The translations under genes were made by a program, and so were the position numbers. The notes under the pieces were generated by a model. The model saw only the letters and a list, made by a program, of their open reading frames with translations, was not told where the DNA came from and ran no database searches. From Bacillota bacterium (lineage in GTDB: Bacteria; Bacillota; Clostridia; Christensenellales; CAG-138), in contig JAEYSE010000032.1 in assembly GCA_023435025.1 (NCBI GenBank), forward strand, positions 30,424 through 94,423: a stretch of DNA of 64,000 nt, given 5' to 3'. Shown here piece by piece: positions 27,423-36,870 of the stretch. Position 1 is the stretch's first letter, and every line of letters begins with the position of its first letter.

Positions 27423-28742
27423 ATGGACAACCTCTCCCGCAAGAAAACCCGCAAGGCAAGACCCGGCCGCTTTACCAAGCGTTCGCGTGCATTTTTGCTG
27501 CTGCTGGGTGGAATTGTGCTGGTGGGTTTTATTGGATACCCGCTGCTCTACAACGGCTACCTGTTTACCACCCCGATACAGGAAGAGGTGTTTGCCGCAG
27601 CGCCCGTGGTCACGCAAGGCGTCTCCTCCCTGTCCGTCATTCCAGACCCTACGCCCACGCCCACGCCTATCCCCGAACCCACGCCAGCGCCCGTTACCAT
27701 ATCCCTTTCAGCTTATGAAACGCTGCAGGAGGAAACGGAAAGCGAGGCCGTATCGGTTCTACAAGGCAGGCTGATGGAGCTTGGCTACTTTGATTACGAT
27801 GAAATCACCACATATTTTGGTACTGCCACCAAGAGCGCCGTCATGCTCTTCCAACGCACAGCTGGGCTGGAGCAGACCGGCATTGCGGATTCAAATACGC
27901 AGGAATTGTTATACAGTGTCACCGCACAGCCTTATCGCATGAAATTGGGAGACAAGGGCTCTGACGTGCGCGGCATGCAGCGCCGTTTAAGCGAGCTTGG
28001 CTACTATGAAGGCAAGGACAACGGCTATTTCGGCGTGGCGACCGAGCGTGCAGTAAAGAGCTTCCAGACACGCAACAAAATCGAGCAGACGGGCGCAGTT
28101 GACCAGGATGTAAGGAACCTCCTCTATTCCCCGAACGCGCGGTATCTGGTTGACCCCACGCCCACCCCAAAGCCCACGTTGAAAGCTACACCCAAACCCA
28201 CGCCAAAGCCTACCCCGAAGGCCACGCGCACCCCGGATGAAGACTGGGACATCCCCATACTGGACCCGGGCGGTTCCGGTCAGGATGAACCCGATGCAAC
28301 GCCGAAAGCGGAAAAAACGCCCAAACCCACCGAAAGGCCCTCCAATCCCGGTTCTTATGAAACCAGCGTGGACGGTTATATCGCGGCGGCCAGAGACCAA
28401 CTTGGGAAACCCTATGTATGGAGCGAGGAAGGGCCGGATTCATTCGACTGCTCCGGTCTTGTATACTACAGCCTGCGCCTGGCGGGCATCAGCACGGGCC
28501 GGTACAACGCCATAGGCTTCAGCGAGGTATCCAGTTGGGAAGCGGTCACCAGCCTCTCCAAGTGCCGCCGGGGGGACCTGCTGTTCTATAAATCGGACAC
28601 CAACCCCAATGTCAATCACACCGGCATCTACTTGGGCAACGGTCAGTTCATACACGCTTCGTCTTCGAAGGGTGAGGTCATGATCAGCTCCACCACGGGC
28701 TACTACGAGCGCAACTTCGTGATCGCCCGCAGAATTTTCTAG
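27423..28742 (+). CDS. Cell-wall hydrolase with two PG_binding_1 domains and a C-terminal NlpC/P60 domain
   Basis: It has a signal-anchor and Pro/Thr linkers. LQGRLMELGYF and MQRRLSELGYY are PG-binding repeats. DCSGLVYYS...HTGIYLG...IHASS is the NlpC/P60 catalytic pattern. Confidence 0.88.
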   Translation: MDNLSRKKTRKARPGRFTKRSRAFLLLLGGIVLVGFIGYPLLYNGYLFTTPIQEEVFAAAPVVTQGVSSLSVIPDPTPTPTPIPEPTPAPVTISLSAYETLQEETESEAVSVLQGRLMELGYFDYDEITTYFGTATKSAVMLFQRTAGLEQTGIADSNTQELLYSVTAQPYRMKLGDKGSDVRGMQRRLSELGYYEGKDNGYFGVATERAVKSFQTRNKIEQTGAVDQDVRNLLYSPNARYLVDPTPTPKPTLKATPKPTPKPTPKATRTPDEDWDIPILDPGGSGQDEPDATPKAEKTPKPTERPSNPGSYETSVDGYIAAARDQLGKPYVWSEEGPDSFDCSGLVYYSLRLAGISTGRYNAIGFSEVSSWEAVTSLSKCRRGDLLFYKSDTNPNVNHTGIYLGNGQFIHASSSKGEVMISSTTGYYERNFVIARRIF

Positions 28743-28758
28743 CACTTTATGAACATAC

Positions 28759-28791
28759 AGGCTGCCATATTGCATGGCAGCCTTTTTTTTT
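28759..28791 (+). terminator. Rho-independent terminator after the NlpC/P60 gene
   Basis: The stem is AGGCTGCCAT / ATGGCAGCCT followed by T9. It lies inside the 5' part of track ORF 28749-29708. Confidence 0.85.
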
Positions 28792-28829
28792 GTACAATAC
28801 TGCATGAATCAATTTCGGGAGGGCTTCCT

Positions 28830-29708
28830 TTGACTTTATGCAACTGCTGCCCGCGGCGCTGCAACATAGACCGCGCAGAAAAAACAGGGTTTTGTGGCGC
28901 GGGGGATATTCCCCGCGTTGCGCGCGCGGCGCTCCATCACTGGGAGGAGCCGATGTTCAGCGGCACGTGCGGATCGGGTGCGGTGTTTTTTTCCGGCTGC
29001 GCGCTACGCTGCATATTCTGCCAGAACATGGACATCAGCGCGTATCAGAAGGGCGAATTGTGCGACGAAGCGAAGCTCGTTGATCTATTCTTATCATTGC
29101 AGGAACAGGGCGCGCACAACATCAACCTCGTCACGCCTACACCGCACATTGGGGCGATAAAGTCCGCGCTTTCAACAGCGAAAAAAAACGGCCTCAACAT
29201 TCCCGTACTTTATAACACCAGCGGATACGAAACGGTGGAAATGATCCGCTCTCTTGAGGGGCTCATCGACATTTACCTGCCGGACCTTAAATACGTAACA
29301 CCGCAGGTAAGTCTTGCGCTGTCCGGCGCTGCGGACTACTTTCAATTTGCGGGGCCAGCCATACTCGAAATGCATCGGCAGGCAGGCACGTTGCAGATGG
29401 ATCACGCGGGCATTGCAACGCGCGGCCTTCTGATACGGCACCTCGTGCTCCCCGGCTGCATTGACGAAACCCGGCGCGTGCTGGATTTTATAGTGAATAA
29501 CGTTCCCAAAGAAACATACCTTTCCCTGATGCGGCAGTACACGCCCGCTTCGCCTTCGTTAAAAGCGCCACTCAACCGTGCATTAACGGCGCGCGAGTAT
29601 GACCGCTCCGCGGATTACTGCCTTCAGCTTGGTCTTACTAACGTGCTGCTCCAGGAGGCGTCCGCTGCAACCTCCGCTTATACCCCGCCTTTTTTTGACA
29701 TGTTATAG
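28830..29708 (+). CDS. Radical SAM enzyme (PflX / activase-like, COG1313-type)
   Basis: I moved the start to an in-frame TTG at 28830 after GGGAGGG, because the ATG at 28749 lies upstream of the terminator. It has CNCCPRRC and CALRCIFCQN cysteine clusters. Confidence 0.75.
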   Translation: MTLCNCCPRRCNIDRAEKTGFCGAGDIPRVARAALHHWEEPMFSGTCGSGAVFFSGCALRCIFCQNMDISAYQKGELCDEAKLVDLFLSLQEQGAHNINLVTPTPHIGAIKSALSTAKKNGLNIPVLYNTSGYETVEMIRSLEGLIDIYLPDLKYVTPQVSLALSGAADYFQFAGPAILEMHRQAGTLQMDHAGIATRGLLIRHLVLPGCIDETRRVLDFIVNNVPKETYLSLMRQYTPASPSLKAPLNRALTAREYDRSADYCLQLGLTNVLLQEASAATSAYTPPFFDML

Positions 29709-29714
29709 CCGTGT

Positions 29715-29873
29715 TCACAATTTGTTTTCAAGTTTTGGGCAATAAAACACTAAATATGGCCAATAATAGTCAAATAAGCAGTTGTAAACCACCAAATATG
29801 GTGGTACAATAAATGCAAGAAGAACGTGAAAAAGATTATTTCTTTCCGTCCGGAAAACAACAGTATTCTTCAT
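29715..29873 (-). CDS. Candidate 52-aa hydrophobic/aromatic peptide (not in the track)
   Basis: My translation is MKNTVVFRTERNNLFHVLLAFIVPPYLVVYNCLFDYYWPYLVFYCPKLENKL. AAGGAGGA lies 10 nt upstream of the ATG. I found no convincing promoter of its own. It is antisense to the promoter and RNA below. Confidence 0.3.
   Translation of the reverse strand: MKNTVVFRTERNNLFHVLLAFIVPPYLVVYNCLFDYYWPYLVFYCPKLENKL
29782..29810 (+). promoter_or_regulatory. Strong sigma-A promoter in an intergenic island
   Basis: It reads TTGTAA, a 17-nt spacer, then TACAAT preceded by TGg (extended -10). Confidence 0.65.
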
Positions 29874-30021
29874 TGACTGTTCTTCCTCCTTAAATAAGAC
29901 GCAAACGAACTACTTTGTACTTCATAACCGGGACCCGGGCGGGTAGGGCAACCGAACGGGAAACGGCGACCGGACGGAATTATTCGAAACAGGGGCTGCA
30001 TCGCAGCCCCTGTTTATTTTA
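29817..30021 (+). ncRNA. Candidate ~200-nt stand-alone RNA of unknown class
   Basis: It is bounded by the promoter above and a 13-bp GC-rich terminator (AAACAGGGGCTGC/GCAGCCCCTGTTT plus a T-run, 29987-30021). No + strand gene follows. An internal 9-bp long-range helix pairs TCCGTCCGG with CCGGACGGA. It has a CUUCCUCCUU motif and a G-tract block. Confidence 0.45.
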
Positions 30022-30209
30022 GTTTCGAAAAAAGTAGCAAGCTACTTTTTCGAAGTTTTCCGCACCAGAATGGCGTAGCATCCTAGCGCGAGAGGCGTCC
30101 GATTTAAAGCACATGTCGTCAAATCGGACGTATTTATATAGATGGTTTTCAGTTTCTGGCGTTCGCAGGGCAACGGAGCTCCCTGCTTGGGAGAGTTTTC
30201 TTGTTTTGT

Positions 30210-31160
30210 TTACCCCTCGTTGCGCGCGAGCATGGCCGCTCCTACGATGCCAGCGTCGTTTCCAAGCTGCGCAGGTACGATTTTGCCGATCTCATCAAAA
30301 AAGCACTTCTTGCGTACGTTTTCACGGACGGGTTCAAACAAAAAGTCCCCCGCATGGCTGACGCCGCCGCCCAGCGCGATCACTTCTGGATCGAGCAAAT
30401 TGATGCAGGAGGTAATGGCCGAACCCAACTGGTCCACATAGCGATCAAATATATCCACCGCTATGGCATCCCCCGCCTTCGCGCAGTCAATCACGAGCTT
30501 AGCAGTCACCTTATTCATATCGCCTTCCACCGACGTGCAGATCAGCGCGTTCGGATAATCGATCACGCTGCGCCGTCCCTGCTGAATAAGCCAAGTAGAG
30601 GTGCAGACCGATTCGATGCAGCCGTGTACGCCGCAGGTGCAAAGCGGGCCGTCGTGCACAAGCACCATATGCCCAAGCTCCACCCCATGTCCCATGCCGC
30701 CGTTGAACATCTTGCCGCCTAATATGAGGCCGCCTCCTATGCCGGTACCCAGGGTGAGTAGCACGGCGGTTTTGCAGCCGCGGAATGCCCCAGCGTGGAG
30801 TTCGGCAAGAGCCGCGCCGTTCGCGTCATTGGCAAGATACACCGGGATATCCGGGTAGTGTTCCTGCATGGCCTTTTTCAACGGCACATCATGAAACTGC
30901 AGGTTATAAGCATGCAGTACACGCTCGCAGGCCGGATCGATGCTGCCCGGTACCACAATGCCGATGGACTGGAACTCTCCGCTTGCAATATGCAGTTCGC
31001 CCGCAAGCTCCTCCACAAGATTTTTCATTAGGCCAACCGTATGCGGATACGGCTTGCCCGTAGGAAACTTTATGCTGCGCCGGGCGACGATGCGCATATC
31101 ATCATCCACAACTCCGGCCGCGATATTGGTACCGCCAATGTCAAAACCCACCTGCAGCAT
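30210..31160 (-). CDS. glcK: ROK-family glucokinase
   Basis: The 316-aa ORF has VGFDIGGTNI and the ROK Zn motif CTCGVHGCIE. Confidence 0.85.
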   Translation of the reverse strand: MLQVGFDIGGTNIAAGVVDDDMRIVARRSIKFPTGKPYPHTVGLMKNLVEELAGELHIASGEFQSIGIVVPGSIDPACERVLHAYNLQFHDVPLKKAMQEHYPDIPVYLANDANGAALAELHAGAFRGCKTAVLLTLGTGIGGGLILGGKMFNGGMGHGVELGHMVLVHDGPLCTCGVHGCIESVCTSTWLIQQGRRSVIDYPNALICTSVEGDMNKVTAKLVIDCAKAGDAIAVDIFDRYVDQLGSAITSCINLLDPEVIALGGGVSHAGDFLFEPVRENVRKKCFFDEIGKIVPAQLGNDAGIVGAAMLARNEG

Positions 31161-31171
31161 ACCGCTACCCC

Positions 31172-32095
31172 CTATACGTTTTCCAATTCTTCCATCCAGC
31201 GCTTGTCGAATTCCTTGGCCGCGTCATATCCGAGCTTTTTCAACCGGTAATTGCGCGCCGCCACCTCCACGATGATTGCGAGGTTCCGCCCCGGACGGAC
31301 GGGCATGAGGATATGGGGCAATTCCACATCCAATATTGAAATGGTCTGGTCGTCAAGACCCAATCTGTCGTATGCCTTGCCGTCCTCCCACATTTCCATT
31401 TCCATGACGATGTCTATGGACTTTTCCTGTATCACGGCGCCCACGCCGTACATATACCGCACGTCTATGATGCCGATACCGCGGATTTCCAAAAGATACC
31501 GCGTCAGCGCAGGTGCGGTGCCCGAAAGCCGGTTGTCCGCCACTCTACGGATTTCCAGCACATCGTCCGCAACAAGTCGATGCCCGCGCTTGACCATTTC
31601 GAGCGCCGTTTCGCTTTTGCCCATGCCGCTTTCGCCTATGAGCATCACGCCCACGCCATATACGTCGAGCAGTACGCCATGCCTTGTGATGCTGGGCGCA
31701 AGCAGACGGTCCAGCAGATTTGTGATGGAATGGCTGACCTTGGTAGTCGGCCGGGGGCTTGAAAATATGGGGATCTGCCGTACGCGCGCCTCCTGCATGA
31801 ATGCGTCGGGCGGCTCATGATCGCGCGCAAACACCACGCAGGGGACGTCGTATTGCATCAATATCCCCACTCGATTTTGCATTTCCTCCTTGGAAAGCTG
31901 CATGAGATAGTATGTTTCCGCGTTGCCGATAAGCTGCACGCGGTCATACGCGAAGTGCTGGAAATACCCGGTCAACTGCAGGCCAGGCCGGTTGATTTCG
32001 CTTTCGGAAATCACCATATGTCCGCGACCCTTGCTTTTGATTGTCAGGCCAAGGGAATTCGCAAATTCCTCTACTGATACCGTCGTACTCTGCAC
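31172..32095 (-). CDS. hprK: HPr kinase/phosphorylase
   Basis: The 307-aa ORF has GESGMGKSETALEMVKRGHRLVADD and the LEIRGIGIIDV signature. Confidence 0.93.
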   Translation of the reverse strand: MQSTTVSVEEFANSLGLTIKSKGRGHMVISESEINRPGLQLTGYFQHFAYDRVQLIGNAETYYLMQLSKEEMQNRVGILMQYDVPCVVFARDHEPPDAFMQEARVRQIPIFSSPRPTTKVSHSITNLLDRLLAPSITRHGVLLDVYGVGVMLIGESGMGKSETALEMVKRGHRLVADDVLEIRRVADNRLSGTAPALTRYLLEIRGIGIIDVRYMYGVGAVIQEKSIDIVMEMEMWEDGKAYDRLGLDDQTISILDVELPHILMPVRPGRNLAIIVEVAARNYRLKKLGYDAAKEFDKRWMEELENV

Positions 32096-32110
32096 AATAC
32101 CCTCTCCTTT

Positions 32111-32914
32111 TTATTTCTGCAAAAGGACATTGTCTATGACCCAGGCAACGCCGTCCGCCTCACAGGCGGGCGCGATGAGCGAGGCAACATCCTTCACAAC
32201 CTGCTGTCCGTTTTCCACGCATACGCCCAGGCCAGCCATCTGTATCATCTGCAGATCCAACGTGTTGTCCCCCACGGCCACGGTTTCCGCCTGGGATATG
32301 CCCAAAAGCTCCGCTGTGCGCAGCATGGCCGTCCCTTTGTTCATGCCAAATTGGTTCAGCTCAATGAACCCGGGCTTGGAGGAGGCAACCTCCAGCCGCT
32401 CATAAAAATGCCTGTTGAAACGGGCGATCATTTCACGTTCCTGTTCACCGGGCTCGGCGTATACAAGCACCTTGGGTACATTGTGCCATTCTTTCTTATT
32501 CATATCCGGATCTACGACATAGGGTAGCCGCAGATAGGAGGTATAGCTTTGAGTAAAACCGTTCTCCTTGGCAAATATCACCGTATCATCCTGGTAGATC
32601 TGGCCGTGCAGCCCCCATTCTTGTGCGCACTCCAAAGCCTCTCTGATCAGGGCCGGGTCTATGGGGGCGCTGAATATCTCTTTGTCGGTTCTGGTATCCA
32701 TCACCCGAGCCCCGCCGTAAACGATGACGGGGCCGCGGATGCCAATCTTTTCCCATATGCCGGCTGCGCCGAGGTATCCCCTCCCCGTTGCGATGGTGAC
32801 AAATATGCCGTTCGCCTGCGCACGCCGTATTGCTTCTAAATTCTTCTCGCTGATCCGTTTGTCGCTGCCAACCAGGGTATCGTCAATGTCCAAAAAAAGC
32901 GCCTTGTATTTCAT
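32111..32914 (-). CDS. Cof-type HAD-IIB hydrolase
   Basis: The start is set at MKYKALFLDIDDTLV, which is HAD motif I. The C-terminal motif is GDNTLDLQM. Confidence 0.8.
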   Translation of the reverse strand: MKYKALFLDIDDTLVGSDKRISEKNLEAIRRAQANGIFVTIATGRGYLGAAGIWEKIGIRGPVIVYGGARVMDTRTDKEIFSAPIDPALIREALECAQEWGLHGQIYQDDTVIFAKENGFTQSYTSYLRLPYVVDPDMNKKEWHNVPKVLVYAEPGEQEREMIARFNRHFYERLEVASSKPGFIELNQFGMNKGTAMLRTAELLGISQAETVAVGDNTLDLQMIQMAGLGVCVENGQQVVKDVASLIAPACEADGVAWVIDNVLLQK

Positions 32915-33050
32915 CCGTTCCATCCTTCTTGCGTGTTGCCTTTCCTGTCGGGTATCTCTCACCCATTGTAATGAAATTCCACGCAAAATGGAAGAACAAA
33001 TTTCCCCGCATGGCTGTCACAAGCCTGCCGTAGACCGACAACAGACCTTG

Positions 33051-34448
33051 TTATTCGACCGAATTCAGCTCTACCGCCTCCGGCTCATCCGGTACCCCAT
33101 AATAAATATCAGAAGATATATACACAATGCCCTTAATGGAGCGGTATGTATCCGAATAGATCAACTTGCGCTCTATAAGATTGCCCTCGAGATCGTAATA
33201 TTCCTTATAGGTTTCAGACTTCTTCCCCCTGCGTGCTTCGCGGTAAACCTCCCTTGTATTGGCAGGCAGACTTTCATCCAGCATAACGTCCTCGCCAAGT
33301 GAGGGCAGCGTTGCCACGCGTTTGGAAGAGATCTTGACTACCCTGTCGTCATAGAGCGGCTTTCCATAAAGGGAAATCGTCAGCTTCTTTTTGCTGGAAG
33401 TCTCCGCGATAACATACAGGTCATACCCCGTGTTGTTGACAAATTTGAAGTTCGGGCCCCCGGTGCTGATTGTGGCGTCGCGGCCGATATCCACATAACC
33501 GGACGGCCAGCTATGCGGCGTCCTCGTTGTTACGGAAAGATCGGCAAGAAGCACCGCGTTAAAGAGCGTGGTACTCACCTGGCAGACCCCGCCGCCGTAT
33601 TCCTGCTCATACCGCCCTTCCCGGATGCCTGGCGCAGTTCTCCAGCCGGTCTCTTTGTTGCGCGGGCCGAGTATGCCGTTGGTATCAAACTCTTCCCCGG
33701 GTTTGAGCAGGTGGCCGCTGATGATGCCCGCCGCCTTCGTAATATTGTGCACCCGTCCGGAGGCATTCAGCGGGGACTTCGAATAGGAGGTACTGAACGT
33801 GGAAATCAGCCGGTGCTCGTCGCGGGCCTGCGCTTCGGTATACGTGGGATTGAGTACGGTATGGGAAAGCGTAAGCGTTGCGCTTTCCTCCGTTTCCACC
33901 GCTTGCGCGATAAGCTGGGTCAATTCTTCGGGACGGGTTTCCCTCCCGCTGTGCTCAGATGTAAATGTGAAATATCCTTCCTGCTCCAGGTCGAACTTTA
34001 CGGTGGCGTCAACAGGCGCCACATAAAAGGAATCACTAACCTCCCGGATACGCTGCTGCGCCGCCTCCTTATCGAGCCTAAGCGAGACGTTCAATGTTCT
34101 TGGCTGCTTTCTTAGCCCGTTGTGCAACGGCAAGTACGAAGCTTCCCGCACCATTTCCTCCACGTTCGCAAGTATCGGCAGCTCCGAAGCTTCGATATGG
34201 ACCGTATTTACACCCGGAATATCCGCAAGTGAAACTTCATACGCCATGCGGCTGATCTTTTCCTGCATATGGCGTTTGATTGTCTCCTCCGCTTCCTGCA
34301 CCTGCATGCGGGAAACGTCCACCCCTTCTATAAAGATATCCTCGCCAAGCTCAAACGTGGGCGGCGGGATTTGGCCGCGCGGCACCGCCTGGCAGCCGTA
34401 TGCCAGTATGCCAAGTAACAGGACGAAAAATATGAAATAACGGCGCAA
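33051..34448 (-). CDS. VanW-family lipoprotein (second paralog)
   Basis: A TTG start after AAAGGAG gives (M)RRYFIFFVLLLGILAYGC, a lipobox. The VanW core is GGGVCQVSTTLFNAVLLADL...HSWPSGYVDIGRDATI. An alternative ATG lies at 34490. Confidence 0.78.
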   Translation of the reverse strand: MRRYFIFFVLLLGILAYGCQAVPRGQIPPPTFELGEDIFIEGVDVSRMQVQEAEETIKRHMQEKISRMAYEVSLADIPGVNTVHIEASELPILANVEEMVREASYLPLHNGLRKQPRTLNVSLRLDKEAAQQRIREVSDSFYVAPVDATVKFDLEQEGYFTFTSEHSGRETRPEELTQLIAQAVETEESATLTLSHTVLNPTYTEAQARDEHRLISTFSTSYSKSPLNASGRVHNITKAAGIISGHLLKPGEEFDTNGILGPRNKETGWRTAPGIREGRYEQEYGGGVCQVSTTLFNAVLLADLSVTTRTPHSWPSGYVDIGRDATISTGGPNFKFVNNTGYDLYVIAETSSKKKLTISLYGKPLYDDRVVKISSKRVATLPSLGEDVMLDESLPANTREVYREARRGKKSETYKEYYDLEGNLIERKLIYSDTYRSIKGIVYISSDIYYGVPDEPEAVELNSVE

Positions 34449-34665
34449 GAATGGCACTCCTTTCCTTGGGTGTGGATGCCCCGAACTCATACGGGGCTTC
34501 CAAATATATTTGATATTTTATATTTGCCCGATCGTATTTTTTGCATGTGTCGGTTTGGACGTGTGATATACAGTTTTCATTTCCAACTGCGTATTTCAGC
34601 TTTTTTGTGTATATTCGCCCCTCCTCTTTCAATAGAAATCAGTATCGAGTGATTTTAGCGGCGAT

Positions 34666-36120
34666 ATGAAAAGAGGTGCAGACTTGGAACTTGTTTCTAA
34701 AATAAACGCTTCTGTCAACGCGCTTGTATGGGGAATTCCCATGCTCGTTCTCATCATGGGCACCGGGGTTTATTTCTCCCTGCGCACCGGCTGGCTTCAG
34801 TTTTTTAAATTCCCACTGGTGATGAAAAAAATATTCAGTAGCGCAAAACCGGAAACCAGGCGCGATAAAGGAGCCGTCTCCCCATTCCAGGCGGTCACCA
34901 CCGCGCTTGCGGCCACATTGGGCACAGGCAATATCGCAGGAGTCGCGGGCGCGATCGCGCTCGGCGGCCCGGGCGCAGTGTTCTGGATGTGGGTTTCCGC
35001 GTTATTCGGCATGGCAACAAAATACGCCGAAGTCCTTCTTGCCATACGTTTTCGCAAGCGCAACGCGAAGGGCGAATGGGTTGGCGGACCTATGTACTAT
35101 ATCACGCGTGGATTGGGCAAGAACTGGCGGTGGCTTGCGGTTCTTTTTGCATGCTTTGGCGCGGCTGCCGCGTTCGGTATAGGTAATATGGCGCAGATGA
35201 ACACCATATCCACGGCGGTGATCAGCCTGTTTGAAAGCTTTTCTGCCGACCCGAACATGGTCATTGATAACGGCCATACCATAAAACTCATAGCCGGCAT
35301 ACTCGTGGCGTTTCTTTCCGCTTTGGTGATTATGGGGGGAATGAAGCGGATTGGACAAGTGACGGAAAAATTCATTCCGCTGATGAGCGTGCTTTACCTG
35401 CTGGGCGCCGTCATTATCATAGGGGTTAATATTGAAAAACTTGGGCCGGTACTTTCGGATATCGTAACGGGAGCGTTCCGGCCCGAGGCCGTTACGGGAG
35501 GTACTGCCATATCCATGCTCACCTCCATGCAGCGCGGCATAGGCCGGGGCGTATTCTCCAACGAAGCAGGTATGGGCTCGGCACCCATCGCTCATGCGGC
35601 GGCAGACACAAAAAGCCCCGTAGAACAGGGCTTTTTCGGCATATTTGAAGTGTTTGCGGATACTATCGTAATTTGCACGGTCACCGCGCTTGTGATTTTG
35701 ATGGGACTAAACGACATCTCTTACGGGCAGAACGCGGGTGCGGAGCTCACGGTGCGCGCATTTGCCACCGTGTTTACGGATAAAGGCGCTTCCGCCATCG
35801 TCGCGGTGGGCATTTTGTTCTTCGCTGTGGCCACCATATTCAGCTGGTCGCTCTATGGCACGCGCTGCTGCGAATTTCTGCTGGGCCCGAAGTCCACAAA
35901 GCCCTACCAGTTGTTGTTCCTTGGGTTTACCGTGCTCGGCGCAACCATGGAAATGGGCCTTGTGTGGGAGATTGCAGATACGTTAAACGGGCTGATGTCA
36001 CTTCCCAACCTTATCGCCATACTCGCGCTTTCGGGTACCGTAGCACGGCTGACAAAAGAATATAAAAGTACGCTCCTTACGCGCCCAAAGCGGGGACGTA
36101 GGCCCGCCGCATTCAAGTAA
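34666..36120 (+). CDS. Alanine/glycine:cation symporter (AGCS family)
   Basis: The 484-aa polytopic ORF has GPGAVFWMWVSALFGMATKYAE, typical of AGCS. An alternative TTG start lies at 34684. Confidence 0.88.
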   Translation: MKRGADLELVSKINASVNALVWGIPMLVLIMGTGVYFSLRTGWLQFFKFPLVMKKIFSSAKPETRRDKGAVSPFQAVTTALAATLGTGNIAGVAGAIALGGPGAVFWMWVSALFGMATKYAEVLLAIRFRKRNAKGEWVGGPMYYITRGLGKNWRWLAVLFACFGAAAAFGIGNMAQMNTISTAVISLFESFSADPNMVIDNGHTIKLIAGILVAFLSALVIMGGMKRIGQVTEKFIPLMSVLYLLGAVIIIGVNIEKLGPVLSDIVTGAFRPEAVTGGTAISMLTSMQRGIGRGVFSNEAGMGSAPIAHAAADTKSPVEQGFFGIFEVFADTIVICTVTALVILMGLNDISYGQNAGAELTVRAFATVFTDKGASAIVAVGILFFAVATIFSWSLYGTRCCEFLLGPKSTKPYQLLFLGFTVLGATMEMGLVWEIADTLNGLMSLPNLIAILALSGTVARLTKEYKSTLLTRPKRGRRPAAFK

Positions 36121-36122
36121 AA

Positions 36123-36869
36123 TCAGGCTTCCGTTGGCCGCAGCACGCGCCGCAAAAATTCCCGCGTGCGCTGTTGGGACGGGTTGTTGAATATAACGTC
36201 GGGTTTGTCGTCCTCCACAATGACGCCTTCGTCCATGAATACCACACGGTGCGCAACGTCCTTCGCAAACGCCATTTCGTGCGTCACCACTAACATGGTA
36301 AGGCCAGATTTGGCAAGGTCCTGCATGACCAGCAGCACATCCCCTACCATTTCCGGGTCCAGCGCGGAGGTGGGTTCATCAAAGAGCAGCACCTCCGGAT
36401 CCATGCAAAGCGCACGTGCGATGGCCACGCGCTGCTTCTGCCCGCCGGATAGCTGCTTGGGCTTTGCGTTGACATAGGGCAGCATGCCGACCTTGTCGAG
36501 ATACTGCTTCGCCTTTTCCTCACTTTCGGCGCGGCTGCGCTTTAACACCTTCATCTGGCCGACTACGCAGTTCTGGAGCGCAGTCATGTTATAGAAGAGG
36601 TTAAACTGCTGGAACACCATACCCACTCGGGCGCGATATTCCGCGACACGGAAGTTTTTGGACTGAATATCCTCCCCATGGAAGAGGATGCTGCCGCCCG
36701 TGGGGCGCTCGAGCAGATTGATACATCTTAGCAGCGTGCTCTTGCCCGAGCCCGACGCACCAATGATGCAGACGACATCCCCCGCCGAAACAGAAAAATC
36801 GATATCCCGCAGCACGGCATGGTCGCCAAAGCTTTTGCTTAGATGCTGTACTTCTATGTTATATGCCAT
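36123..36869 (-). CDS. Amino-acid ABC transporter ATP-binding protein
   Basis: It has [24 protein letters not shown] and the polar-amino-acid-type C-terminus. Confidence 0.9.
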   Translation of the reverse strand: MAYNIEVQHLSKSFGDHAVLRDIDFSVSAGDVVCIIGASGSGKSTLLRCINLLERPTGGSILFHGEDIQSKNFRVAEYRARVGMVFQQFNLFYNMTALQNCVVGQMKVLKRSRAESEEKAKQYLDKVGMLPYVNAKPKQLSGGQKQRVAIARALCMDPEVLLFDEPTSALDPEMVGDVLLVMQDLAKSGLTMLVVTHEMAFAKDVAHRVVFMDEGVIVEDDKPDVIFNNPSQQRTREFLRRVLRPTEA

Positions 36870-36870
36870 A

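Noticed and set aside
29813-29893. A 26-codon + strand ORF (MQEEREKDYFFPSGKQQYSSLTVLPP) at the 5' end of the candidate RNA
   Set aside because: Its ATG lies 3 nt after the -10 box, upstream of the likely transcription start, and there is no SD.
34449-34665. I looked for a glycine riboswitch upstream of the alanine/glycine:cation symporter
   Set aside because: There are no GGAGAG...CACCGAAGGGGCAA-type blocks. The region is simply AT-rich promoter DNA shared with the divergent VanW gene.
36118-36125. The convergent AGCS symporter and ABC ATPase genes have stop codons only 2 nt apart, with no terminator
   Set aside because: This is unusual packing, but nothing further is supported by the sequence. 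Transcripts presumably terminate inside the opposing genes.
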